DNA from: Octopus bimaculoides
Taxonomy: Eukaryota
DNA length: 32,402 nt
Assembly (NCBI RefSeq): GCF_001194135.2
Contig: NC_068987.1
Span: forward strand, 96,377,200-96,409,601
Direction of reading: 5' to 3'
Of the stretch, positions 1 through 9,309 are shown piece by piece (the stretch's first letter is position 1; every line of letters starts with the position of its first letter). Both the position numbers and the translations under genes were made by a program. The notes below the pieces were generated by a model that was not told the DNA's origin, searched no databases, and was given only the letters and a program-made list of their open reading frames with translations.

Positions 1-397
1 ATAAAACTTATTTTGTTTGTCCTCGTCTCTAACTACGCATTTATACACTACATTTGTGGACAAACAAAGTCCACCAAGAGGACATAAAGAAGGGTCCCTA
101 CAATTACATAATTTTTTACGGCCACCCTTAGTCATTTCCAACATCATTAACCACCCTCAGAAATTTATTCTTATCAACCATTCCACTTATCTCATTCCCA
201 GATTTAGGCATAATCCGAGGGAATGAAGGGCCCGTTCCACTATCGTCGTGTGGTTTACAGTTGGTTTTATTAGAAACAGGGTTTCCCTGAGACGGACATT
301 CGCATAACTTTAACCTATTTATTTTATTCCTATTTAAAGAGGCAATAATGAATGCTAAATTTTTTTGAGTCGATGACCTAACGGTTTTATTCTGCAA
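1..397 (-). mobile_element. Penelope-like retroelement fragment (linker and start of GIY-YIG endonuclease), frameshifted, truncated by window edge
   Basis: Minus strand 135..1 translates MTKGGRKKLCNCRDPSLCPLGGLCLSTNVVYKCVVRDEDKQNKFY. This is the CNC..CPL.G.C...VVYK...Y(IG) pattern of Penelope-like GIY-YIG domains. The upstream frame (397..128) gives NKTVRSSTQKNLAFIIASLNRNKI, resembling the Penelope post-RT segment. The two parts are in different frames. Confidence 0.8.
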
Positions 398-451
398 TTA
401 ACTTTATATATATATACACACATTTCTTTCAAACACTATAGTATGTACGTA

Positions 452-828
452 CAACAAGGGTGACTGAAATTCTGGCCTCCATGATAGTGGAGCGCTAAGA
501 GCAGCTGACTGGCTTCCATGCCGGTGACACGTAAAAAGCATCATATGAGCGTGATCGTTACTGGCACATGGAAAAATATTCGAGTGCAGGTAGCACATAA
601 AAACACTATTTGAGCATGGCCGCTGCCAGTACCGCCTGATTGGCTCTTGTGCCGGTGGCACGTAAAACACCCACTACACTCTCGGAGTGGTTGGCATTAG
701 GAAGGGCATCCAGCTGTAGAAACACTGCCAGATCAGATTGGAGTCTGGTGCAGCTATCTGGTTCGCCAGTCCTCAGTCAAATCGTCCAACCGCGGACGTT
801 AAACGATGATGATGATGATGATGATGAT
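452..828 (+). mobile_element. SINE-like non-autonomous retroposon, family A (RTE-like tail, (GAT)n end), three internal ~65-bp units
   Basis: Contains GTTGGCATTAGGAAGGGCATCCAGCTGTAGAAAC, ends GGACGTTAAAC(GAT)8, and has GCCGGTGGCACGTAAAAAGCAC-like units near 521, 586 and 651; shared with many other copies in the window. Confidence 0.85.
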
Positions 829-856
829 AGTAATACCGCTAAAGGAACATACTCAC

Positions 857-991
857 CAAAATCTCCGCCCATAGCACTCTGATAGAGTGGCCGAATTCCT
901 GAGTTGTCAGCAAGATTAACATCACATTTCAGTTCAATGAACCTGTTCACTAATGACCGAGGGTTTTCTTGTTGGCCAAAATAAACTGTCA
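857..991 (-). CDS. Ankyrin-repeat protein, coding exon 5 (135 nt, phase 1-1): (L)TVYFGQQENPRSLVNRFIELKCDVNLADNSGIRPLYQSAMGGDF
   Basis: Acceptor tcactctattacacttcag| (AG at 993-992), donor TTTG|GTGAGT (GT at 856-855); in frame with exon 4; ankyrin-like DVNLADNSGIRPL motif. An alternative in-frame acceptor would start the exon at 985. Confidence 0.85.
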
Positions 992-1069
992 CTGAAGTGT
1001 AATAGAGTGATTTTTATTAATAATATAAATAATGATAATAATGTTGCTTTTTAACACATGCATAAAACA

Positions 1070-1230
1070 ATAAATTAGGGGAAGGGTATAACTGATTAAT
1101 TGCCCCAGTACTTGGCTGGTATTTATTTTATTGATCTCAATAGAATAAAGGGCAAAGTTGATCTCAACAGCATTTGATTTTAAAATGTAAAAGTATATAC
1201 CTAAAGGCATTTAGTCTGTCTCTCTATCAT
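1070..1230 (-). mobile_element. Degenerate tRNA-derived SINE, family B
   Basis: Similar to the better copies at 8788 and 11270 (CTGGTATTTATTTTATTGA...GGCAAAGTTGA). Confidence 0.6.
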
Positions 1231-1867
1231 TTCAATTACTTTCAGGATAAACAGTAATAATTTCCAAAATAAACTTAAAGCCACAAATTATTGAGAAAGG
1301 AGTATAACTGATTGAATCAACTGCAGAAAATATCTATTTTTATTCACATCAAAGAGATGAAAAGCAAAAATAATTGTTTCTAACATAGACATAAGGCCAG
1401 GAATTTGGAGAAGGATGGTGGTGGGTAGTTGATGAAAAGCAATGTTGACCATAGTGGTATTTGGACACAGAACATAATAAAGGGCAGGAACAAATACCAC
1501 AGGGTATTGAATTTTTTCAACACTAGCAATTCCACACATGATGAAAAGCAAAACTGATAGAATCAATACTGATGATTTCTTTAGACTAGGAAAAAGGTCA
1601 ATTTGTATAAAGAAGGGACAGCATATTACTGGTACTTATTTAATTAACCCTATTTAAACTCAGAGGAAGCAATGCAAAAGGACATGACTTTATACAGCAA
1701 ACCAGTCTGTTAAGCCCTCTTCTAGTTCTACACTTTTAATGACTTGATAATAATAGTTTCTTATATTGAGAGATGGTAAAATAAAGGTACTTATCTAAAT
1801 ATTGTAAGGCATTTAATTTATTTCTACAGTTTCAGTCACTAACTGAAGAAACAATAATATTTTCATT

Positions 1868-2205
1868 GGCTCTCAGTGCTGGTGGCACGTAAAAAGCACC
1901 ATCCGAATGTGGTCGATGCCAGCCCCTCCGCCCCACTAGCTCCTGTGCCAGTGGCACATAAAAAGCACCATTCGAATGTAGCCGATGCCAGTGCTCCCTG
2001 ACTGGCTCCAATACCGGTGGTACATAAAAAGCACCCACTACACTCTCAGAGTGGTTTGCGTTAGGAAGGGCATCCAGCTGTAGAAACATTGCCAGATCAG
2101 ATTAGAGCCTGGTGCGGCCTCCTGGCTTGCCAATCCCCAGTCAAACCATCCAACCCATGCCAGCATGGAAAATGGACATTAAACGATGATGATGATGATG
2201 CTGAT
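1868..2205 (+). mobile_element. Family A retroposon with three internal 66-69 bp units and (GAT)n tail
   Basis: Units start at 1876, 1945 and 2011; GGAAGGGCATCCAGCTGTAGAAAC core; tail AACCCATGCCAGCATGGAAAATGGACATTAAAC(GAT)n. Confidence 0.85.
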
Positions 2206-2219
2206 ATTCACCTAAGGCC

Positions 2220-2780
2220 ACAATATATTTCATGAGTGCTCTGTGAAGTACTCTTCATCCAACTCATAAGCAACCTTCATTTTCTGTTGGCCTGCCTATA
2301 GTCCCACTACACTTCTAATATGCCCATGGAATTTCTATGTATTCTTTTTTGGCATATCAACCAAGGCTACTTCACAGATGGTGGCAAAGTGCTGTCTTCT
2401 TTTCTGCTATGGCTATTATCTTGGTTGAGTTTACTTTGAAGCATATCAACTCAAAGCTTTGCTTCCATGTTCGAAATTTCTAAATCTATAAGAACTAGGT
2501 CATTGGCATACAGAAGTTACAACAAACAGCCAGCCTTAGACTTCTTTGTTATGGCATGGAGAGCTAAAATGAATAGATAGATGCTAAGAACTGAATCTTC
2601 ATGGACACTGACCTACAAATCAAATTCTTTACTGAACTCACTGCTAACTTTCATATTGTTAGCAGTGTCTATACATAGCTTGCAGAGTTCTAACAAGCCA
2701 TTCATCTATACCTAGTCTTCAAACTATATTACAAAATGTGGTATTAGGTCAAAGGCCTTCTCCTGATTAGTGAATGTTAT
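2220..2780 (-). mobile_element. Decayed RTE-clade LINE reverse-transcriptase remnant
   Basis: Minus-strand translation pieces QEKAFDLIP, LGIDEWLVRTLQAMYR and LLYANDLVLI (decayed YADD motif), with stops and frameshifts. Confidence 0.8.
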
Positions 2781-3205
2781 GTATTTGGGGGGAGGGGGAG
2801 TACTGGCATGTGTAGGTACAGTCAGGGCTATGTGGTTAAAGAACAAGTCTGATTTTCTGGAGACAAGAAAATAGCTATGAACAAAACATTTCTTCCTCAA
2901 TACACATCATCAGCACAGCAGTTGTCCTACCTTGACTCCAACACAAATGAAACTGAGAAACATACAATCATTTACAAAGAGTAGAAAAGATACACACACA
3001 TATTAAGTGGTTTGTGATAGGAAGAAAGGGCATCCCATTGTTAAAACGATGCCAAAAGAAAAAACAGGACATATTAAACAACAGTTTAATGTATGCCAAC
3101 ATTAAACTGTTGTTAAACAGTTAATAACAAGAGCCAAGAAACTGTGAGACCCATCCAACTGATGCCAGCATAGTAAAATGGACATAAAACAATCATAATG
3201 ATATG

Positions 3206-3343
3206 CTTCCATGCTGGCATGGGTGATATGGTTTGACAGGAGCCAGCCAGGCAGAAACCTACACAAAACAGTCACAGATGTCTGGTGCAGGCTTCTGCCT
3301 GGCCGGCTCCTGTCAAACCATCCCACCCATGCCAGCATGGAAG
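3206..3343. repeat. Inverted repeat: two 55-nt family A 3'-end arms around a 28-nt spacer
   Basis: Left arm 3206-3260 CTTCCATGCTGGCATGGGTGATATGGTTTGACAGGAGCCAGCCAGGCAGAAACCT; reverse complement of right arm 3289-3343 CTTCCATGCTGGCATGGGTGGGATGGTTTGACAGGAGCCGGCCAGGCAGAAGCCT; 4 mismatches in 55. Confidence 0.95.
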
Positions 3344-3396
3344 GTGGACATTAAATGATGTTATACATATATGAGGGTATTGAGATTTCTACTTAC

Positions 3397-3510
3397 ATTG
3401 GCTGATTGCTACAAGGATCGGACTGGCTCCCTGGCGGTCACACATGTTGACATTACATCCATAATCTAGCAGACACATTGCAACGTCTATATGATTCTTC
3501 CTAATGGCTT
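3397..3510 (-). CDS. Ankyrin-repeat protein, coding exon 4 (114 nt, phase 1-1): (E)AIRKNHIDVAMCLLDYGCNVNMCDRQGASPILVAISQ
   Basis: Acceptor atctttgcag| (AG 3512-3511), donor CAAT|GTAAGT (GT 3396-3395); the junction with exon 3 restores ankyrin register (TCLT-E-AIRKNHIDV). Confidence 0.92.
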
Positions 3511-3595
3511 CTGCAAAGATAATTAAACATGTGACCTTAAATAACAGAAAATAAAACACACAATATGCAGTATCTATCATCATTGCTGCCACCAC

Positions 3596-3737
3596 CATCA
3601 TCATCATTTAACATCTGTTTTCCATGTTGGCATGGGTTGGACAGTTTGACAGGAGTTGGCCAGCTGAAGAGCTGCCCAAGCTTCATGTCAGTTTTGACAT
3701 GGTTTCTACAGCTGGATACCCTTCCTAACGCCAACCA
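3596..3737 (-). mobile_element. Family A retroposon 3' part, inverted relative to the copy at 3289-3360
   Basis: (CAT)n TTAACATCTGTTTTCCATGTTGGCATGGGTTGGACAGTTTGACAGGAG...CTACAGCTGGATACCCTTCCTAACGCCAACC is the reverse complement of the family A 3' end. Confidence 0.85.
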
Positions 3738-3964
3738 TGTAATGAATACGCATCTACTACTGATTTCTAGCATTCACTCTGGACATAGAGGGATTGGAAG
3801 AGCATGGATAGTCGATTGACTCAATGGCTGATTTTGCTGCTGACCTTGGAGGGATGGAAAGTAATGGTAACTTCAACATGATCGGAATTCAAAACAATGA
3901 GAAACATAACTGAATGGCATCTGGCATTGAATTCAGCACTTTAATATCACTGCCATTCCACTGC

Positions 3965-4135
3965 CCTACACTGTGGTTAAGAAGTTCACTTTGGAACCAT
4001 GCAGACTGGGGTCTCACAGAGAGGACACTGTTGGCTGGTGTCTTGTTCTATAACCAATGGTTGACCAATACCTTTAAAGTGAAACTGGTAAGCAGAAACT
4101 GAAGAAGCCCGCTGTACACACACATCTCTCTCTCT
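3965..4135 (+). mobile_element. Degenerate 5' half of tRNA-derived SINE, family C
   Basis: TGTGGTTAAGAAGTTCACTT...AACCATG...GAAACTGAAGAAGCCCGCTG parallels the intact copy at 16168. Confidence 0.6.
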
Positions 4136-4284
4136 GGCCAGGTAACCATGTACCTCCTCTACAGCAAGACACCTATTTCTGCTACTCTGTCTCTGCCACA
4201 CTCTAACCTTTCATCATCTGACACAAGATCACTTCCTCTAATTCTCCCTCCCCTTTCAAAAATTCCTTGTCTAGCAAGTTACTT

Positions 4285-4600
4285 GGTGACCCTGCCTGTG
4301 CTGGTGCCACATAAAAAGCATCCAGTCCAAACTGTGAAGTGGTAGGCATTTAGAAAGGCATCCAGCTGTAAAAACCATGCCAAAACTGACCTCACCAGTG
4401 CTGGTGCCACGTAAAAAGCACTCAGTCCACTCTATGGGGTGGTTGGTTTTAGGAAGAGCATCCAGCCATAGAAACCATGCCAAAGCAGACATAGAAGCCT
4501 GGTGTTTTTTCTGCCTGACTGACTCCTGTCAAACCATCAAACTCATGCATGCATAAAAGGCAGACATTAAACTATGATGATGTTGATATTGATGATATAT
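4285..4600 (+). mobile_element. Family A retroposon with two ~101-bp internal units
   Basis: GCTGGTGCCAC(A/G)TAAAAAGCA near 4299 and 4400, each followed by a GGCATCCAGC/AGCATCCAGC block; (GAT)n-like tail. Confidence 0.8.
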
Positions 4601-4611
4601 ACATATATATC

Positions 4612-4762
4612 ATGAGCTTCTTTCAGGTACCATCTGCCAAATTTGTTACAAGGCTTTGGGTCAGCCCAGGGCGATAGTAGAAGACACTTGACCAAGGTAT
4701 TATGCAATGAAAATGAACCCAGAACCATGAGGTTGGGAAGCAAAATTTCTTACCACACAGTG
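4612..4762 (-). mobile_element. 5' half of family C SINE
   Basis: Reverse complement of the family C head (AGTAGAAGACACTTGACCAAGG...GAACCCAGAACCATGAGGTTGGGAAGC...CTTACCACACAG). Confidence 0.7.
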
Positions 4763-5074
4763 CTTATGTTTGCTGAGAGTGATGTAAATGTTGGATAAAT
4801 TGACTGAAATTGTGTTTTATTTTTTCCATTTATTACTTTCAAAAAATGTTGAAAAATATGTAACTCAAAAAGACAGAAGTTGAGGTATGCCTGTAAATGT
4901 ATGTCTGCACGTTTGTGTATGCATGAATGAGTTCATATTTCCCCTTGTTTTCATGTGCATTCGCTGGATGTAAACAAAAGGCTCACTCAAATGCTGTCAT
5001 AGCCTTCCATTCTTCAGCATAACCATGTCTGGGTAATACACAGTTTGACAGACTGGAGGTTATTACTTTACTTG

Positions 5075-5200
5075 GAAATAGGTGAGGTTTGGCATCCAGC
5101 CACAGAAAACTCCACCTCAACATAGTCTTGTCTGATCTATGCAAACATGGAAAAGTAGATGTTAAAACGATGATGATGGTGATGATGATGACGATGATAA
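5075..5200 (+). mobile_element. Family A-related 3' tail variant with (GAT)n
   Basis: GGCATCCAGCCACAGAAAAC...ATGCAAACATGGAAAAGTAGATGTTAAAAC(GAT)n. Confidence 0.65.
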
Positions 5201-5335
5201 CACAAATTACAGCAACATAGAGCAATGTATTCTGCCCTAAAATGATAATCTTACAGTAGATTTCAGCTCAATATTTATGAGCAGAAAGTCCAATAACATA
5301 TGACATCTCACATCTGCAATAAATAAATAAATAAA

Positions 5336-5337
<2 letters not shown>

Positions 5338-5371
<34 letters not shown>

Positions 5372-5392
5372 TGAGAGAGAGAGAGAGAGAGA
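5338..5392. repeat. Compound (TG)n(AG)n microsatellite about 25 bp into the intron after exon 3
   Basis: Directly visible; preceded by (AAAT)4. Confidence 0.95.
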
Positions 5393-5417
5393 TTCTAATA
5401 AAATGGTGTAAACTTAC

Positions 5418-5564
5418 CAGTCAAACATGTGAGTTTCTTGACAGTCTTAATATCGGCGTCAGAACCTGATGACAATAACAGTTTTACAACATCTCGGTAA
5501 CCCTCAGACACAGCATAAAACAGAGCTGTACAGCCATAGCGGTCCCTTCGGTTAATATCTGCTC
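5418..5564 (-). CDS. Ankyrin-repeat protein, coding exon 3 (147 nt, phase 1-1): (G)ADINRRDRYGCTALFYAVSEGYRDVVKLLLSSGSDADIKTVKKLTCLT
   Basis: Acceptor gactgttacag| (AG 5566-5565), donor ACTG|GTAAGT (GT 5417-5416); canonical ankyrin motif; the junction gives LLIG-G-ADIN. Confidence 0.93.
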
Positions 5565-6226
5565 CTGTAACAGTCAAATCATAACCAGCAATAATGATTT
5601 CTCCTAGACTAGCACAAAGTTTTAAAGGACAAGTAGTCAATACAATCAAATCTCAGTATATAATTGGAAATTATCATATTTTCTCATGTATAAGTTGCAC
5701 TATTTTATACTTGATTTTTGACTGGCAAAAAAAAAAAAACAAGGTAGATACGAAACCTAAAAACAGAAAACATTTTGTGCCAAGATTTAATATTAAATTA
5801 GGGATACAACTTATACATAAATATGTTAATTCCCCAACAACTAGAAGGATGAAAAAGAAAGCCAATCCTAACAGATTTTAAAATTCAAAATGTAAAGTTG
5901 CATAGTTTAATACTACATTTCTGCTGATCTCCATTAAAAGGAATTTTGACTAAAATATTGTCTATGATCAATAAGTTTTCAATTCTCCATACAATACTCA
6001 ACTATGTCTTTGGAATTCATTTTCCATTATTTGTTTTCTCCAACTAATTAACCTACAAAAATCTCAAATAGTTTATTAAGAACTGCCACAATCAAAAGTT
6101 TGTCTGATGTTGCTGAAAAGTGTTTAATGTAGATGTGAGTGAAGAGAAATGACCAATGGACCTAGTCATGGATTCCATTGGTTATTTACAGGAATATAAG
6201 GAAGACGAGAACTGGTTCCTTCGTCA

Positions 6227-6313
6227 GTCAGAGTGGCCTAGTGGGCTTATAACACAGACCTAGGAACACAAGTTCACAAAAAGAATAACCCAGGTTCAAG
6301 TCCTGCTGGAGAC
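6227..6313 (+). other. Degenerate tRNA-like head (A box and B box); rare SINE head or tRNA pseudogene
   Basis: GTCAGAGTGGCCTAGTGG (A box; resembles tRNA-Leu 5' ends) and GGTTCAAGTCC (B box) at 6293-6303; I could not fold an intact cloverleaf. Confidence 0.5.
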
Positions 6314-7404
6314 AGGATTTTGGAAAGCAGCAGGAGGACACCTAAGAGTCATGACCTGGGTGGGCTTGGCTCCCGTAGAGTGTCAGGTATAAGGACCAAA
6401 ACACTTATCGGATGGGAGTTCTTTTTCTGAAGATCTCACCTGTTGTGTGCTTACCTTGTGGTGAGTTACTGTTATTTGTTTTAAGAAAAGACCATAGGCA
6501 TCACTCTATTTTTGAACTCACAGAATACAAAAAGCTCCAGTTACTTCTGAATGAGTATAGATCTATAACAAAGAAATAGCTAATCCAATGTGAGTGAGAC
6601 CAGGCATCCAGCTGTAGCATTCTCACTTCACGGTTAAATGGATGGATATCTAACTATAGTACTGTTATTTTGCTGATGAGTAGACAAGTGCTTATGACCA
6701 ATAAGCACAAATAATGGCTACAGTATTTAGGTTTAAACCATATGGCTATTGGTTCAATACTTTTCATGTACACACATATCATCATCATCAACAGCAAGCT
6801 AATGAGGACACCTCTATGCAATTACTCAACCTACCAGAAATAGAAACCTAGCACTCCCAAAAAACACTAACATCTCACTCTCTCTTTGAAAAAAATAAAA
6901 GAAAAGACACGTTAGACAGTGCAGTCCTGCATACGATAGACAGTGCATACCCTGTACGTGAAAGTGAAGGACATGGCTGGAGTGTCTTTGATTATATGTT
7001 TGCTCAATAAAGAATGACTTGGGGTTAAACAAAAGGCAGCAACATCAACAACATAATCATCAGACAGACTGGGGTATGCAAAGGAATATCTTACCTAAGA
7101 GGTACCACAATGAGTACAGCAATAAAATTCATACACTTAACAACGTGGTCAATAGTAAATTACATTGACCTTTCAGTCAAATCAATGTAATATAAGGTCA
7201 TCATCTAAATGCCACCCTCCCTAAACCCAAAGAAACTTTTAAGGGCAATTTACATGAGATGAGGTGGATAAATGATAATACTCTTACTATATATGTTACC
7301 AGCCTAAAACAGGTTACATTCCCAAATGACTAGCGACCTGTTTCTAATGATAGTTAAATGAAATGAGACACTGTAGAATAGAGAACTCTGCCATAAAATA
7401 CATT

Positions 7405-7485
7405 CTGCTTGCAGTGGGTTTGAACTCATAACCTCTATGTAGGTTATCCACTTGGCTGTTACCTTATCCACTTGGCTATTACACC
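7405..7485 (-). other. Degenerate tRNA-like head with duplicated A box
   Basis: Minus strand reads TAGCCAAGTGGATAA and CAGCCAAGTGGATAA 20 nt apart, then GAGTTCAAACCC (B box). Confidence 0.4.
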
Positions 7486-8011
7486 TCTATCCAAATCAAA
7501 TTGCTTTAGTGACAACCAAAAAAACATAAGCAATGCAAGAAATACAAAAAGTAAACCACTATGAAACAGTATAATAGTTGTAATAGCAAGGTTTTGAACT
7601 CTAGACCAAGGGGCCAGCAGAGTAATATATACCTTCAGTGTTAGCCAAAAGCAAAAACAAAAAAACCCACAAAAAGTGAAACATTTGGAAGCAAAGTATA
7701 GTTGCTGCACTAGCAAAATTTAAACTCTTATTCAAGGGGCCAGTTGTATAAACACCTTAACTTTATAGTCAACATGTTTCAGTATTAATCAAAAACCCAT
7801 GACAAAAAAGAAACAAAAAGTGAAATATAGAGTACTGTGGGGGTCAAACAGCTCATAACCTTAATTTCCTATTGAATATGTTTCATTTATTCATCAAAAA
7901 TCAAACTGAGCTAACTCCTGTTAACCAGGAGTTGGTTCAATATATAACCTTGTCATATATAAAATATAAGCTTGTCAGATGTTCCTGCAGTCTTCTAACT
8001 GAAAAACATAC

Positions 8012-8602
8012 CTCCAATGAGAAGGCGACCCACAATATCAAGATATCCGCAGCCAGTCGCTATCATCAATGCTGTAATCATCTGGAAATTATGAGCATCA
8101 ACAAGGCAGTTGTGATTCAACAAAAGATCAACCATCTGGAGGTTGTTCGTTCGAACTGCTGTCATCAATGGTGTTTCCACCTGGTCATTTGGGATATCCA
8201 CATCGCAACCATTGTTGAGCAGCATGCTAGCTACTTGCACAAAACCATTCAAGACAGCCGAGTGTAGAGGAGTAGCACCATGCTCATTGCGACTGTCTAT
8301 GTCTGCAGAGTTCATGATGAGCACTTCAGCTACTTTGATATAACCTTTCTGACAGGCTATGTTCAGTAAGTTGTTAAGACCCTGGTTACAGCGGTTGACA
8401 TCTGCTCCTTTCTGAAGAAGTGCACAACAGATCTGGACATGACCCAGTTCAACGGCCACCTCAAGTGGAGTTTTTCTACGATAAGGGAAGTTTATATCAA
8501 GGACGGAGTTACAGAGATTGAAGACACTGTTCAGGTCATTGCTTTCAATAGCATCAATCAACTGTCGGATCTGCTGTCTTTTCTGGCGCCTCAAGCGATA
8601 AT
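8012..8602 (-). CDS. Ankyrin-repeat protein, coding exon 2 (591 nt, phase 1-1), about five full ankyrin repeats plus a degenerate N-terminal one
   Basis: Open frame with KTPLEVAVELGH, GATPLHSAVLNGF, ETPLMTAVRTNN and ITALMIATGCGY motifs; polypyrimidine acceptor (t)n-gtttatttacag| (AG 8604-8603); donor GGAG|GTATGT (GT 8011-8010). Confidence 0.96.
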
Positions 8603-8787
8603 CTGTAAATAAACAAAAAAAAAAAAAAGAATTAATGCAATGGACAAGGTGGTAAAATGTTGTTAATAATAGTTTCTCACTTTGATACAAGTTTATATGT
8701 TTAAAAGAGAATATTATAGATCACTCAGTCAAAACCCATATTATAAGTGGTATATATCTTATTAAACCTGGATGAATAAAAGGCAAA

Positions 8788-8990
8788 GGCACAAGGCCTG
8801 AAATTTGTGGGGAAGGGACTAGTCGATTACATCGACCCCAGTGTTTCACTGATACTTAATTCATCAACCCTGAAAGTACGAAAGGCAAAGTCGACCTTGG
8901 CAGAATCTGAACTCAGAATGTACTGACAGGCGAAATACTGCTAAGCTTTTCATCCAGCACACTAATGATTCTGCCAACTCACCGTCCTCC
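8788..8990 (-). mobile_element. tRNA-derived SINE, family B (a partial copy precedes it at ~8700-8785)
   Basis: GGCACAAGGCCTGAAATTT...CATCGACCCCAGT...GAAAGGCAAAGTCGACC...GAACTCAGAA...GATTCTGCCAACTCACC; on the minus strand, A box TGGCAGAATCATTAG and B box-like GAGTTCAGATTC. Confidence 0.85.
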
Positions 8991-9309
8991 TAACTGAAAT
9001 AATGACAATAGTAATGATATAATCAGGTCAAGTTTAATCTGTTACTGGTACCATGTAACCCAACAGAATCTGTTTCGTAGTCATGGACAACTCCCCCTTC
9101 AGTTTATTGTATGAGAAGAGTGTGTAAGCAGCTAGCAATCAAAAATAAAACATGTCACAATGAATGAAAGACTCTCACAGAGAAGCCAAAGACCAACCAT
9201 ACCACACACGTATGGTTGGATGATAACTAGGAAACATGCAGGTGGGGAAGGTTACATTTTTTTGATTGTTGTATACCTATGTCCACCTTAAGTCATGAAT
9301 TTCGAATGG

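Noticed and set aside
1876-2035. CRISPR-like repeat-spacer look of GGTGGCAC(G/A)TAAAAAGCACC at 66-69 bp spacing (also 521-672 and 4299-4423)
   Set aside because: The intervening sequences resemble each other instead of being unique, repeats are degenerate, they lie inside a dispersed retroposon in a eukaryotic intron, and there are no cas genes.
8603-8690. N-terminal extension MYQSEKLLL...FFFFCLFT of ORF 7995..8690 as a real start
   Set aside because: It starts at a TTG and runs through the poly-T polypyrimidine tract and AG acceptor; it is intron read in frame.
9193-9219. Perfect 10-bp hairpin CCAACCATAC-N7-GTATGGTTGG
   Set aside because: About one such stem is expected by chance in 32 kb; no other support.
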